A DNA stretch of 63,895 nucleotides, the filler included, from Reclinomonas americana ATCC 50394 (Eukaryota): assembly GCA_048213135.1 (NCBI GenBank). It is 37 parts of 37 records of this genome, joined end to end, with 100 filler letters (N's around TTAATTAATTAA, not from the genome) between each part and the next. Parts side by side here need not be neighbours in the genome. Positions count along the whole stretch, not along the records: positions 1 to 1,680 come from AFZH01025319.1; positions 1,781 to 3,461 come from AFZH01025320.1; positions 3,562 to 5,239 come from AFZH01025321.1; positions 5,340 to 7,010 come from AFZH01025322.1; positions 7,111 to 8,784 come from AFZH01025323.1; positions 8,885 to 10,557 come from AFZH01025324.1; positions 10,658 to 12,328 come from AFZH01025325.1; 30 more parts are not named here. The stretch is one strand, 5' to 3'. Position numbers and translations under genes: made by a program. Of the stretch, positions 1 through 10,701 are shown one piece after another (the first letter of the stretch is position 1; every line of letters begins with the position of its first letter). A model generated the notes under the pieces. It made no database searches, was not told where the DNA came from, and was given only the letters and a program-made list of their open reading frames with translations.

Positions 1-18
1 ACACTCTCTCTCTCTCAC

Positions 19-1600
19 TCACACCAAGCGTGCAAACTTACCAGCGTACGGGCCAGTGTGCCAAACTTTGGTCGCATCTCGCTGCAGGTCAGTGAAAAAC
101 TCGACCGAGTTTGCATGCATGCAGAGGTTGGTTCGCGGATCGAACTCGACCGAGAGACACAGCGCGCCTGGGAACGTCACAGTCTGCCTTCGCAGTTTGT
201 TCGACGATGACTGAACAGCATAGCATGGACATGAAATCTGTGAGTACCACCACCACGCACACACGACTACAGAGCGAGGAGTTATAACCCACTCGTTGTT
301 GTTGCACAGTCGTGCTGGCGGATGGAGCTTTGAGTGAGGCAATGGCACGCGCTTCGCTGAGAACCGCGTGCAGCACAGTTAGCGACACTGCCCGCACTCC
401 CGCCATCTGTGCTTGCGTCTAAAAACTTTGCAGTGAGCACAAGCACCAGTCACACACGCACGCACACACACACACACACATGTGCACGTACATGTGTGCC
501 GTCACTGCAAAGTGCATCTCGAGTTGGTGTCGGATCCGGCAGAGCCGCAGCTTCGACATTCATGATGGTGCGTAGCGTGCAGTCCACACCACGAAGTAGA
601 GGAATTGGTTCGCGTAGTGTTCCACTCTGCGAGGAAATCAGCACGCCTCAAACGCCCGCACCAACACACACGCACGCAACATCGTCAATTTCCGGTAGAG
701 TGTGCCAGTTTGTTGTGAGGACCGGCAAATGCAATACGACGCGAAGAGCATGCTGTGCAATCGCCTGCACATCATCAAGCATCATCACCGGTTGGCGACC
801 AACTGCAACAGTGCAAAAACAAAGAAGAGCACACGACTCGCAACCTCCGGACTTGTTGCCGTCTCCAGCTCGTTGCGTGGCACCAACAGATCAAATGAAG
901 CACCCACCGGCCAGTGCTTGAGAACGACGGCCAGCACCCGCCGAGAGTAGTGCACCACCAGTGCGCGCTCCACAGAAAACAAACGCTCCGCAACAGCCTC
1001 CATCTTCAAGTCTGCGGCGGACACAGATTGGCCAACGAGAAACCGCCGCTGTCACCACCAACAAGCCAGACGTACCACACAAGTCCTGGAAACGAGATGC
1101 AAACGCGGCTGACGGATACGAGTGGATCAAGAAGGCCTTTGGAGAACCCTCGTTCAGCTCAAACGTTGCAAATGCAGACGCTTTCTTGGACGAGCCAGAG
1201 GTCGGTGATTTGGGGCTGCTACCATCTCCTTGCGCGCCAGTCGACACGTCCGGCGCTGATTGCAACAAGGCTGCATGCGTGTATGCACATCTATTGAATA
1301 ACACAGACAAGAGTTTGCCACATGCACTCGCGCGCGCAAAACACGCAACCGAGATGACGCGGGGCGCGGAAAAGCGAATCGTCATCGACTCGCAGCTTGT
1401 AGATGTGGTGGTACACACCATCCGCAACAACGTCACTGTCAATGCAGCACAATGGCAGTGAGTGGGATCGCTAATACGAAGAAACAAGGCGTCGACAGCA
1501 TCATTCACGCAACGATGCACTCGCGCCAAACGCCTGAGACATCCATTTTGTGGCCAGAGGGCCAACATAGACCTCGCCGTCGGCAACGAGGACGTTCTGC
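19..1600 (-). CDS. Multi-exon fragment of a large eukaryotic protein, possibly HERC2/HECTD4-like
   Basis: GT-AG introns can be inferred. An exon near 100-215 reads QTVTFPGALCLSVEFDPRT, resembling the 'V.FPGA..L.V.FD' motif of giant HECT/HERC-type proteins. Weak, motif-level evidence only. Confidence 0.3.
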
Positions 1601-1639
1601 GCTCCGCGTGAGTAGAAGCGACGACGGGAGGCCAAGGCA

Positions 1640-1641
<2 letters not shown>

Positions 1642-1680
<39 letters not shown>
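1642..1680. repeat. (CA)n microsatellite at contig end
   Basis: Seen directly. Many contigs end in CA/GA tracts. Confidence 0.95.
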
Positions 1681-1898
1681 NNNNNNNNNNNNNNNNNNNN
1701 NNNNNNNNNNNNNNNNNNNNNNNNTTAATTAATTAANNNNNNNNNNNNNNNNNNNNNNNNNNNNNNNNNNNNNNNNNNNNTCGTGGACATGGTGCGAGAG
1801 AGAGAGAGAGATGAGAGCGTGTGTTTTGTCCTTCACATAGAGGACACTGCTTGACCTTCCGTGCAACAAAGGATTTACTCAACTCAACCTCTTGATCA

Positions 1899-2687
1899 TC
1901 ATCTCCCCACCACCGCCCTCACCGCCCGCGCCGCCCTCTTCACCCGATCGCAGACGCTCCTGGTGAACCCCGTCACGCACCACCACAACACACCGGCGCT
2001 CACCAGCACCAAACCCGGCAGCCACTTGTGCAGATTGCGCGGACAGCTGCCGACCACCCGACCTTTCGCCGACGCGTCGACCACCACCGGGTACTGCGTG
2101 CCGCCGGCATCCGCCAAATGGCCCACATACACCGGCACGTAGGCCACCGAACGCAAGCGGCGCTCACGCAGTCGCGGCGCGACACTGCAATCCATGCTGA
2201 CCACTGTCGACTTGGCGCCATCGCCAAACACCATGCTCGTGGCATGCTGCCGACACGCATTCTCCCACAGCTCCTTCTCCACACGCCGCTGCAGCACATC
2301 CGCATACACCACATCGACTGGCGCACTGGCCACCACCGGCACCGCATCATCACCATCGCCCACCATCGGCACAAACTCCTCGTGCAGCTGCGCCAGCATG
2401 GTCGACGCCACATTGACCGGATACAGCGACTCCACCAGCTCGCGGTGTCGCCGCTCCGGCAGCGCAAATGCACAGCAGTGCGCATGTACAAGCAACTCCA
2501 CGTGTTGATTGCGAACCGGAAGGCGGACAGTCGGCGGCTGCTGCTGTTGTTGCTGCTGTTGTTGTGGAGGAGGCTGTTGTTGCTCTGCGCCCGAGACAGC
2601 AACGTCCAGCGACGCCGCGTATGTGCCATCGAGCTTGCACTGCGAGATAGATAGAGAGGAGTGAGAGAGATAGCAGGGGGGGATAGT

Positions 2688-2723
<36 letters not shown>

Positions 2724-3100
2724 ACCTCGAATACATAAAGCGGGACGTACTTCAATGACAACTCGGCGTCGGCCATCAACTCCGCAGTTTCTGCTCATGC
2801 GATCAATCACTCAGTCACACACACACTCTTACACACACAGGGAGAGAGCAGACGAACCAGCAGCTCGAAACCACGTGCCATCTGTTTGTCAGTTCGCGCA
2901 TGTGCGAGAGAGAGAAGTCAGTGACACGTGTTGATCTCACACAAACACTCTCCCTCTTTCTCTCTTCCCCTCTCACACACACCGACCCATCGCCGGAGTT
3001 TCTCTCGGGCTTGTTCGGGCGTGTGTGCGCTGGGGAGGTACCACACAGTGGTGGCGGGTTGATCGTGGTCGTCGTCCATTATGCGCAAGAGAAGACGAAT
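1899..3100 (-). CDS. Spliced hypothetical protein with C-terminal transmembrane segment
   Basis: Exons read VWYLPSAHTPEQAREKLRRW / LKYVPLYVFE / ...AYVPVYVG...YPVVVDASAKGRVVGSCP...WLPGLVLVSAGVLWWCV, with TGA at 1899-1901. Confidence 0.5.
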
Positions 3101-3561
3101 GAGTTAGATATGAGGACGACAGGACGACAGCAGAGTTTCACTTTTTGATGATCACCGGTGACCTCTTCTTCTCTGTGCGAGCTTGTGCGACTCTCAAGGG
3201 AATCGTGGGAACATGCCGCCGGTGCCGAGAACGTCACCACCGCCGCGGTGGCTGTTGAAGGGATCCATGCCGCCGCCGCCGGTGCCGCTGCTGCCTTCGC
3301 CTTGCTTGCTCTTTGGCTTCTTCTGCGGGGGGGATGAGAAGGAGAAGAAGTGAGGTGAGGGCGAGGGGAGGGGAAAGGGGGGAAGGGGGAAGGGGGAAGG
3401 GGGAAGGAGAAGAAGTGAGGGAAGAAGTGAGGGAAGGGGAAGGGGGAGGGAAGGGGGAAGGNNNNNNNNNNNNNNNNNNNNNNNNNNNNNNNNNNNNNNN
3501 NNNNNTTAATTAATTAANNNNNNNNNNNNNNNNNNNNNNNNNNNNNNNNNNNNNNNNNNNN

Positions 3562-5239
3562 ACCCGCTGACCAGCACCATCACCGCCGAGGGCGACGTGC
3601 TGCAGGACGGCACGAACACGGTCGCCGTGGCGCTCTTCCAGGACCGCGAGACCAGCTCCGACGTCTACTTCGACATGTCGTCGCTCACGCTGGTCGAGGC
3701 GTCCGACCCGGGCACCCCGGTCGTCGCCCCGCCGACCCGAGTCATCCTGACCCCGACCGAGCAGCCCGAGATCTCGCAGTCCTTCTCGTGGCTCGCCGGC
3801 GATGCCTCGCACACGATCGGCCAGGTCGAGATCGCCCCGGCCGCCGGCGGCGACACCCGCACGGTCGACGCCTATGACGCTGGCGTGGTGAACGGCAACC
3901 CGAACCACCACTTCTCCGCCACGGTAACCGACCTCAGCCCCGCGACCGAGTACCGCTACCGCGTCGGGCTCCCGGGCAGCTGGAGCGACTGGTTCACCTT
4001 CACGACGGCCGACCCGAACGCGACGGACTTCCAGTTCGTCTACTACGGCGACGCGCAGATCGGCCTCGACACGACCTGGCCGAGCGTCGTCAAGCAGGCC
4101 GAGGCGAACGCGCCCCGGTCGATCGGCTCCGTGCACGCCGGTGACCTGATCAACAAGTCCAGCAACGAGGACGAGTGGCTGAACTGGTTCAAGGGCATGG
4201 AGGACTCGGCCACGCACACCAACGTGATGGCGGCGCCGGGCAACCACGAGTACTCGGGCGACAAGCTGCTCACCGCCTGGAAGGCCGCATTCGAGTACCC
4301 GCACAACAACCCGTCGATGGAGTCGATCGGCGAACTGGCCGACCTCGCCAAGGGCGACACCGAGGTCGCGGCGCAGTATCGCTCGCTGTTCGACCACTGG
4401 AGCGCCTTCGCCGCCGAGACGGCGTACTACACGGACTACCAGGACGTGCGCTTCATCACTCTCAACGCGACCCGCGACGCGACGTTCCTCACGCCGCCGG
4501 CCCTGCCGTCCTGCACGGGAGACGACTGCCCGATCAACCAGGGCGAGGAGCTGTGGATCCGCTTCCAGGGCGCCTGGCTCGACCTGCTCCTGCAGAACAG
4601 CCCGTCGAAGTGGAACGTCGTCACGTTCCACCAGCCGGTCTTCTCGGCATCCGAGGGTCGCGACGAGCCGAAGCTCCGTGCCGACTGGGTGCCGATCTTC
4701 CAGCGCAACGACATCGACCTCGTGCTCATGGGCCACGACCACACCTATGCACGCGGCTACGTGAACACCGACGCGACCGAGACCCCTGGCCTCACGACCG
4801 GCCCGGTGTACGTCGTCTCGAACTCGGGCGCGAAGCACTACGAGCTCGAGACCCCGGAGAAGAACGTCTGGACCAACAACGGCGCCACCCAGGTGCTGCG
4901 CGGTCAGGGCGTCACCACGTACCAGGTGATCGACGTGTCGCACGATCAGCTCGTCTACCGCTCGTACCTCGCGGAGAAGCAGCCGAACGCCACGACCGAC
5001 CTTCCCGTCGGCGCCGTCTACGACACCTTCACGGTGACGAAGTCGGATGCCGGTGAGAAGTGGGTCACCGAGGCCGGGGTCACGCCCCCGACCACCGAGC
5101 CCGAGGTTCCGGCAGAGGTCGAGCTCGGGGCGGCATCCGTCAAGGCCGGCGGCACGGTCACGGTCTCGGGTACCGGATTCGCAGCGGACGCCGAGCTGCG
5201 GCTCGAGCTCCGCTCCGACCCGGTCGACCTCGGTACGGT
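3562..5239 (+). CDS. Bacterial purple-acid-phosphatase-type metallophosphoesterase with FN3-like domain (partial at both ends), actinobacterial-like
   Basis: Intronless, very high GC3. Calcineurin-like motifs GDAQ, HAGDLIN, PGNHE, FHQP, GHDH. Upstream FN3-like TVTDLSPATEYRYRVG. Confidence 0.92.
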
Positions 5240-5339
5240 NNNNNNNNNNNNNNNNNNNNNNNNNNNNNNNNNNNNNNNNNNNNTTAATTAATTAANNNNN
5301 NNNNNNNNNNNNNNNNNNNNNNNNNNNNNNNNNNNNNNN

Positions 5340-5602
5340 AGCTCCGCCGAGAGGCGGCGCTCGCCCTCCAGTTCGGCCGTCAGCCTCGCCAGGGCCACGT
5401 CAGCCGCTTCCGGGGCTGCGTCCTGGCTCGTCGGTGAATCGCGTCGGGACGCATCAGGGAAGACGCGGGCGAGCTCGGCCGGGTCGATCATGAAGGCGCC
5501 GGCGTCGTTGCGGGCGGCCGAGATCCGGCCTGATTTGATGCTCCGGAGGATCGTGGACTTGCTGACGCGGGTTGCGTCAGATGCTTCGGTGATGGTGATC
5601 AT
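5340..5602 (-). CDS. Small HTH DNA-binding protein typical of alphaproteobacterial plasmids (3' partial)
   Basis: ITITEASDATRVSKSTILRSIKSGRISA...FMIDPAELARVF is an excisionase/MerR-like HTH followed by a coiled coil. Confidence 0.8.
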
Positions 5603-5694
5603 GGGGCGCCGTACCTCGTCGGGTGACGAGGCGATGATGCGGCAGGCCCGTTAACACTCCGTGATGTCCGAATCCCGTTCACCGGGTGGAAATG

Positions 5695-5710
5695 GTATAA
5701 TTTCTATACT
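5695..5710 (+). promoter_or_regulatory. Putative brnTA promoter/operator
   Basis: Inverted repeat GTATA-ATTTC-TATAC (5695-5709) overlaps TATAAT (5696-5701) and TATACT (5705-5710), just upstream of the ATG at 5721. Confidence 0.6.
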
Positions 5711-5720
5711 AAATAGACCC

Positions 5721-5984
5721 ATGGAGTTCGAATACGACCCGGGCAAGAGCGAGACCAATAAGGTCAAGCACGGCCTCGATTTCGAGGAGGCGCAGGCCCT
5801 GTGGGCCGATCCGCGGCTCCTGGAGGCCCCTGCGAAGACCGAGGACGAGCCGCGGTTCGTCTCGGTCGGGAAGATCGGCGGAAGGCACTGGACGGCCATC
5901 TGGACGCCGCGGGGGAGCGCTGTGCGGCTGATCTCGGTCCGCCGCGCCAGGCCAGAGGAGGTGGAGCGCTATGAAGGCAGCTGA
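5721..5984 (+). CDS. brnT: BrnT family type II toxin (ribonuclease)
   Basis: MEFEYDPGKSETNKVKHGLDFEEAQALW...EPRFVSVG...VRLISVRRARPEE matches the BrnT signature. It precedes and overlaps the antitoxin. Confidence 0.92.
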   Translation: MEFEYDPGKSETNKVKHGLDFEEAQALWADPRLLEAPAKTEDEPRFVSVGKIGGRHWTAIWTPRGSAVRLISVRRARPEEVERYEGS

Positions 5985-6186
5985 GCTCGACAAGCGGTTT
6001 GACGATGGCGAAGACGTGTCCGGTCAGGTCGATTGGGGCGCGGCGCGCCGGCCGAACGTCCAGGTGAAGCGGGTGAACGTCGACTTCCCCGCCTGGGTCG
6101 TGTCCGGCCTCGATCAGCAGGCGCAGCGCCTCGGCGTGACGCGTCAGGCCCTGATCAAGCTCTGGATCGCCGAGAGGCTGGTTTAG
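5971..6186 (+). CDS. brnA: BrnA antitoxin (CopG/RHH-like C-terminus)
   Basis: MKAAELDKRFDDGEDV...KRVNVDFPAWVVSGLDQQAQRLGVTRQALIKLWIAERL, with a 14-nt overlap with brnT. Confidence 0.9.
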   Translation: MKAAELDKRFDDGEDVSGQVDWGAARRPNVQVKRVNVDFPAWVVSGLDQQAQRLGVTRQALIKLWIAERLV

Positions 6187-6698
6187 GCATCCTCGTCAGG
6201 CGTTCCGAAGAGCATCTTCATCTGGCGCGTCACGACGGCGTTGGCCTTCTTCGACACCAAGGTCTTGGTGTTGAAAGCCGCGAATTTCTTCGCGTTCCCC
6301 CAGAACTTCCAAATCTCCTCGGGATCGAGGCAGTAGGCGTAGGTTCCGGGCCCGACCCGGATCCTGACCAGGGCGCCGATCGCCTCGAGCTCCTTGGTGT
6401 GCCGGTAGATGGTCGAGACGGAGGTGTCCGTCGCCTCGGCGAGCGTCTCCTGGTTGACCGTCACGGCGTTGGTTTCGCCGGAGACGTGCGAAGCGAGGAA
6501 GCAGTACGTCTTGGCCACCTGGGGGTTCTTGCTGATCAGCTCGGTGATCCGCGCCCAGCCCTTTGTCGAGACCTGGGTGAAGCCCGCGTTGGCCCTTTTT
6601 GCCTGCCGGTCCCGGACCCTCTGGTCCGAATCCATGCCGGCGATGTCGAGCGTCCTGGAATGACGTTCGACGTCATTTTGGACCGAGATCTCGCGCAT
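6183..6698 (-). CDS. Plasmid replication protein, RepL-like winged HTH
   Basis: NAVTVNQETLAEATDTSVSTIYRHTKEL HTH and YAYCLDPEEIWK. It lies next to a repeat-rich origin-like region. Confidence 0.7.
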   Translation of the reverse strand: MREISVQNDVERHSRTLDIAGMDSDQRVRDRQAKRANAGFTQVSTKGWARITELISKNPQVAKTYCFLASHVSGETNAVTVNQETLAEATDTSVSTIYRHTKELEAIGALVRIRVGPGTYAYCLDPEEIWKFWGNAKKFAAFNTKTLVSKKANAVVTRQMKMLFGTPDEDA

Positions 6699-6715
6699 CT
6701 GCTTCCCCCCGAATC

Positions 6716-6890
6716 ATGACCGGTCGACCAGTCATTTATACACGAAACTCGGTCACGAGATGACTGAATTTCGGTCGACCGACCGGTCATTCAGGGTGAC
6801 CGGTCGACCGGTCATTCAGGGTGACCGGTCGCTACCCTGTAAGTCATTGAAATTGTTCACTTCGATATTTTCCCTTTTCTTTTTCTAATC
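6716..6890. promoter_or_regulatory. Putative plasmid origin: palindromic iterons, IHF-like site, AT-rich tract
   Basis: Two perfect tandem 25-mers GACCGGTCATTCAGGGTGACCGGTC (6781-6830), near-palindrome 6716-6735, TAAGTCATTGAAA (6840-6852) and a T-rich tract at about 6865-6888. Confidence 0.7.
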
Positions 6891-7140
6891 CTGCGCGCGG
6901 ACCCTGCGCCGTGTCGGCGCTCTGAATCGGCCACCCGACGCGACGAAGGAGCGCGAGGGGACGATGGGAACGGGCGCAGGGGATGGTGGAGATGGTGAGC
7001 GTCACGGGCANNNNNNNNNNNNNNNNNNNNNNNNNNNNNNNNNNNNNNNNNNNNTTAATTAATTAANNNNNNNNNNNNNNNNNNNNNNNNNNNNNNNNNN
7101 NNNNNNNNNNAAATAATTATGGCGGTGACGGTGAGCGCAC

Positions 7141-7596
7141 CCTTGTTCTTCTTGTTGGCCGTGGCCATGTCCTTGTCGGCTCCCTCGTGCGCCTGGATCA
7201 GATGATCGCAGTGGATGGTGCTCGGCACGGCCACACGCGGCAGACCCGACGAGATGAACTGCAGCAGTGCCATCTATTTCCCACAAAGTCGCAATTGTGC
7301 TTATTTTCAGAAATAGATGAACATGCCCACAAGATTGCAGCAGTCGCGTCACCTGCGCAGTAGCATCCTGCAGCGCCACGCGGTCGGGGCGCAGCTTGAG
7401 GTACGACTTTCCACGCTCGACCTCCTGCTTGTGCGGGTCGTCGAGGTGTGAAAACAGGATCTTCTCACCCAGCGTCAGTGGGCGCTTCAGACGCGCGCGG
7501 ACAATCTCCAGGCGCTTCTTCATCGCCGCATAGTCGATGCGTGCATCTCCGTCAAACGCACTCATGCGCGGAGCCGCATTCGTGGCCATGGCACGC
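7141..7596 (-). CDS. ACO2: Mitochondrial aconitate hydratase, N-terminal exons
   Basis: [17 protein letters not shown]...[47 protein letters not shown], with a GT-AG intron at 7274-7352. An upstream presequence exon is likely. Confidence 0.95.
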
Positions 7597-8914
7597 TGTG
7601 GATGAGGGATCCACAAGTGAGGCAGAGATTCGCAAAACACAGGAAATGCAAAGGAAAGACAACTAGCGTGCGTACATGCACTGAGCGACAGTGTAGGCGC
7701 GAGAGGGATGGAGAGAGCGTGGAGAGAGACAGACAAAGGACATGTCGACAACACAGGAAACACAAAGATGCCCGCGCGCCCGCATGCAAGTCGCACACAG
7801 ATTGAAGAAACAGTGCATCGCGAGAGACCACAGGAGACACACTCATGCAGCATCGCTCACACCGCCCACAAACGAGACACGCGCGCGTGCTCGTCAAAGT
7901 GTGCGAGCGACATTTTGCACACGCCCACTTTCACAGGCGCACGCAGAGAAGAGAGCGAGAAGAGAGACGCAACGGCAAAGGTGCCCGCCACATGGTGATG
8001 GCTGGTCGCAGCCACTCGCGCAGCCAACATCGCGATAACAAAGTGAGTGAGATTCGTCGAGTGGAGTGGACCGTGGAACAATGGGATGCTGTGCGACGAG
8101 ACAAGACGCTGCTGCGGTGATGCCAGTGCACATTGTCGCCGCCTCTCCTCCCCCTGCACTAGGCGGCGGCGCAACACCAGTCGCCATCTCACCAGTCATA
8201 CCCATGACAAAATCATCACCAACCGCAGCAGGACGAGTGCGTTGTTTGCCGATAGAGTTGACTGTGTAGACTGCAGACACTGACTGCTGCTGCAACACAC
8301 ACAGAGACGCATCTCCTCCAGCACGCAGCTCTTTCCGAGCTTCGCCACGGTGGTTCCGGTCGCGTCTGCGCCAGTTGTACTGCCGCAGAGTGCGCGCGGA
8401 GTCAACGGCGAGCCGTCAATGTTGACTGCGGTCGCCGCGCGACTGTGGGAGCGCTCGCCTCCTCCGCCCTCGTCGACCAGTCGCGGAGAGGCGTCGACCT
8501 CGGCGGCGTTGTCGGCCGACGACTATGATGATGGGGCGGAGGTGGAGGGAGAGATTGATGAGGACGATGATTTGGGCGATGCAGCGGGTATGGGCTTGGA
8601 CGATGGAGGTGCCTACTTGACTGACTGCCTTTGCTCTTTCATACCATGGCTTATGCACGTGTGTCATGCAGTGGTATTGTTTGACTCTGCGCGCGATCTG
8701 ACGGCGCCTTCGAGTGCCGGCAGTCTCAGGTGCGCGTTGCACGGATGCATACAAGCAGAGTTTGTTGCTTTTTCTTATGTTTAGNNNNNNNNNNNNNNNN
8801 NNNNNNNNNNNNNNNNNNNNNNNNNNNNTTAATTAATTAANNNNNNNNNNNNNNNNNNNNNNNNNNNNNNNNNNNNNNNNNNNNGAGAAAGAGAGAGGGA
8901 AGAGAAGGAGGGAG

Positions 8915-9200
8915 GGAGCGGGTGAGTGCAGTGAGTGAGTGAGGAGTGAGTGAGGGAGGAGTGAGCGAGTGAACGAGTGAGAGGGAGAGTGAGAGAAGGG
9001 AGTGAGTGAGTGAGTGAGTGAGTGAGGGAAGGGAGAGAATGAGTGAGTGAGTGAATGAGCAAGTGAGAGAAAGGAGTGAGTGATTGAGTGAGCGAGCGAG
9101 TGGGTGAGCGAGTGAGTGAGTGAGTGAATGAGAAGGGAGTGAGCGGGTTAGTGCAAAAGGGACTGAGCGAGTGAGCGAGTGAGTGAAAGAGTGAGTTAGC
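8915..9200. repeat. Degenerate (GAGT)n tetranucleotide microsatellite
   Basis: Seen directly. Confidence 0.9.
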
Positions 9201-9336
9201 GGGGGAGTGTTAAGAGATTGTGCGTGTGTATAGGAGGGCACAGAAGTGAGTGAGAGACTGAGTACGGCACTTTGCGTGGGTGTGATTTGTTTCGGGCGCA
9301 GCGCCGCACACTAAGCATTTTGTTTGTCCCTCGTAG

Positions 9337-10211
9337 GTGTTCGAATGTATGTGGCCGCCGTCGATGAAGTGCGCACCGTGTACGCCGTCTATCACTCCCT
9401 CTCTGGTGGCGCAACGGCCATCAATCGAATCGCTGGTATCAGAGCGGACTGGCGCGAGGACGCGGAGACGCATTGCTCTGTGTGTGAGCGAGAGACGGAC
9501 GATGTGTCCTTTCTCCTTGAGAATACCCCAAGGAACCCTGTGCAAGCTTGTGTCTTGCGCGAGAAACAGTTTGACTGCGATTGGGCCTTTCTCCAGGGCT
9601 TCGAGCATTTCCCGAACTCTGTGATTCATCAGTTTAGCTACTCTCATCGATCAGGTCTGCATCTGATTCACTGGTTGCTGTCGACGCGTGGCTTCTTTTG
9701 TCCTCACTTTCCTATGTTAGGCTTCTGGTTGGCGCCAGGGATCAGTGATGCGCGGCAGTCGCTGATGTCGACACTTGTTGTCGACTTGATGGTTGGTTTG
9801 TCTCGGTGGCTCCTTCCTCTCGGCATTCTCGCATTGCCCACTTGCCGTGAACTGGTACAGGCCCACGAATTTGTCGGTGAGGCTGCCCAGCACTTTGAGG
9901 CATTCCTGACCGTGCTGTCGAGTGCGTACGGTCCCGGTTTCTTTCGACCCGGACTTAGTGGTCGACTCAGCGCCTACCGTGACCTTCCATGCGTTGGCTC
10001 ACAAACCGACATCCCAGTGACGCTCGAAGATGCCGGGTCGATGACTCGCCCATCGCCGTCGTTGCGTCTCTGTGCATGTGTGCGTGAGAGAGAGAGAGAG
10101 TAATGGAGTGAGAGAGTGATATAGTGAGAGATTGTATGATTGAGTGTGCCTATGCGTGTGTCTGTCTCATATTGTAATCTCCTTCTTTTTGCAGTTTCAC
10201 TGCGAGCCAGA
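9337..10211 (+). CDS. Hypothetical eukaryotic protein, 3' exons
   Basis: Acceptor at 9336, putative introns 9655-9720 and 9792-9860. No recognisable domain. Confidence 0.35.
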
Positions 10212-10701
10212 AGATGTCCTTGATGTTGTCGTCTTTGGTGATTCTCGGGCCGCTCATCGATAAGGCTTGTAAGCGACTGGAGAGAGATGGCAACGACAGG
10301 GAGCTGAGTGGGCTGGACACCGCCGTTATCTCCTGGATATGTCACGTTCGCCTCCTTCGGTTGTTGATGAAGAGGTCGATTTGCACCGCAACACAACTCA
10401 GCAAGGTGGGTGGGAAATTGGGGTGGGGGAAGGGGAAGGGGGAAGGGGAGGGGGAAGGGGAAGGGGAAGGGGAAGGGGAAGGGAGAAAAAGGGAAGGGGA
10501 AAGGGATGTGAAAGAGACTCTTGAGGGATATTCTGCAAGAGAGAGAGAGAGACGAGANNNNNNNNNNNNNNNNNNNNNNNNNNNNNNNNNNNNNNNNNNN
10601 NTTAATTAATTAANNNNNNNNNNNNNNNNNNNNNNNNNNNNNNNNNNNNNNNNNNNNGTCGTCGATTGCCCACTCCGTATCTGAGTGGTGCGTCGCTCGC
10701 A

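Noticed and set aside
1681..1780. Regularly spaced TTAATTAATTAA palindromes as a repeat array
   Set aside because: These are artificial six-frame-stop linkers within N runs. ORFs ending in X...LIN are artefacts of them.
3510..4943. 477-aa antisense ORF and the many other overlapping ORFs in the track
   Set aside because: Shadow ORFs from high GC3 or microsatellite translation (LSLS, THTH, ERER), with no domain signal.
6781..6830. Mini-CRISPR
   Set aside because: Two abutting repeats with no spacer, next to a rep-like gene, fit iterons better.
3462..7110. Bacterial genes inserted next to eukaryotic genes (HGT island)
   Set aside because: They sit on separate contigs, and the adjacency is created by concatenation.
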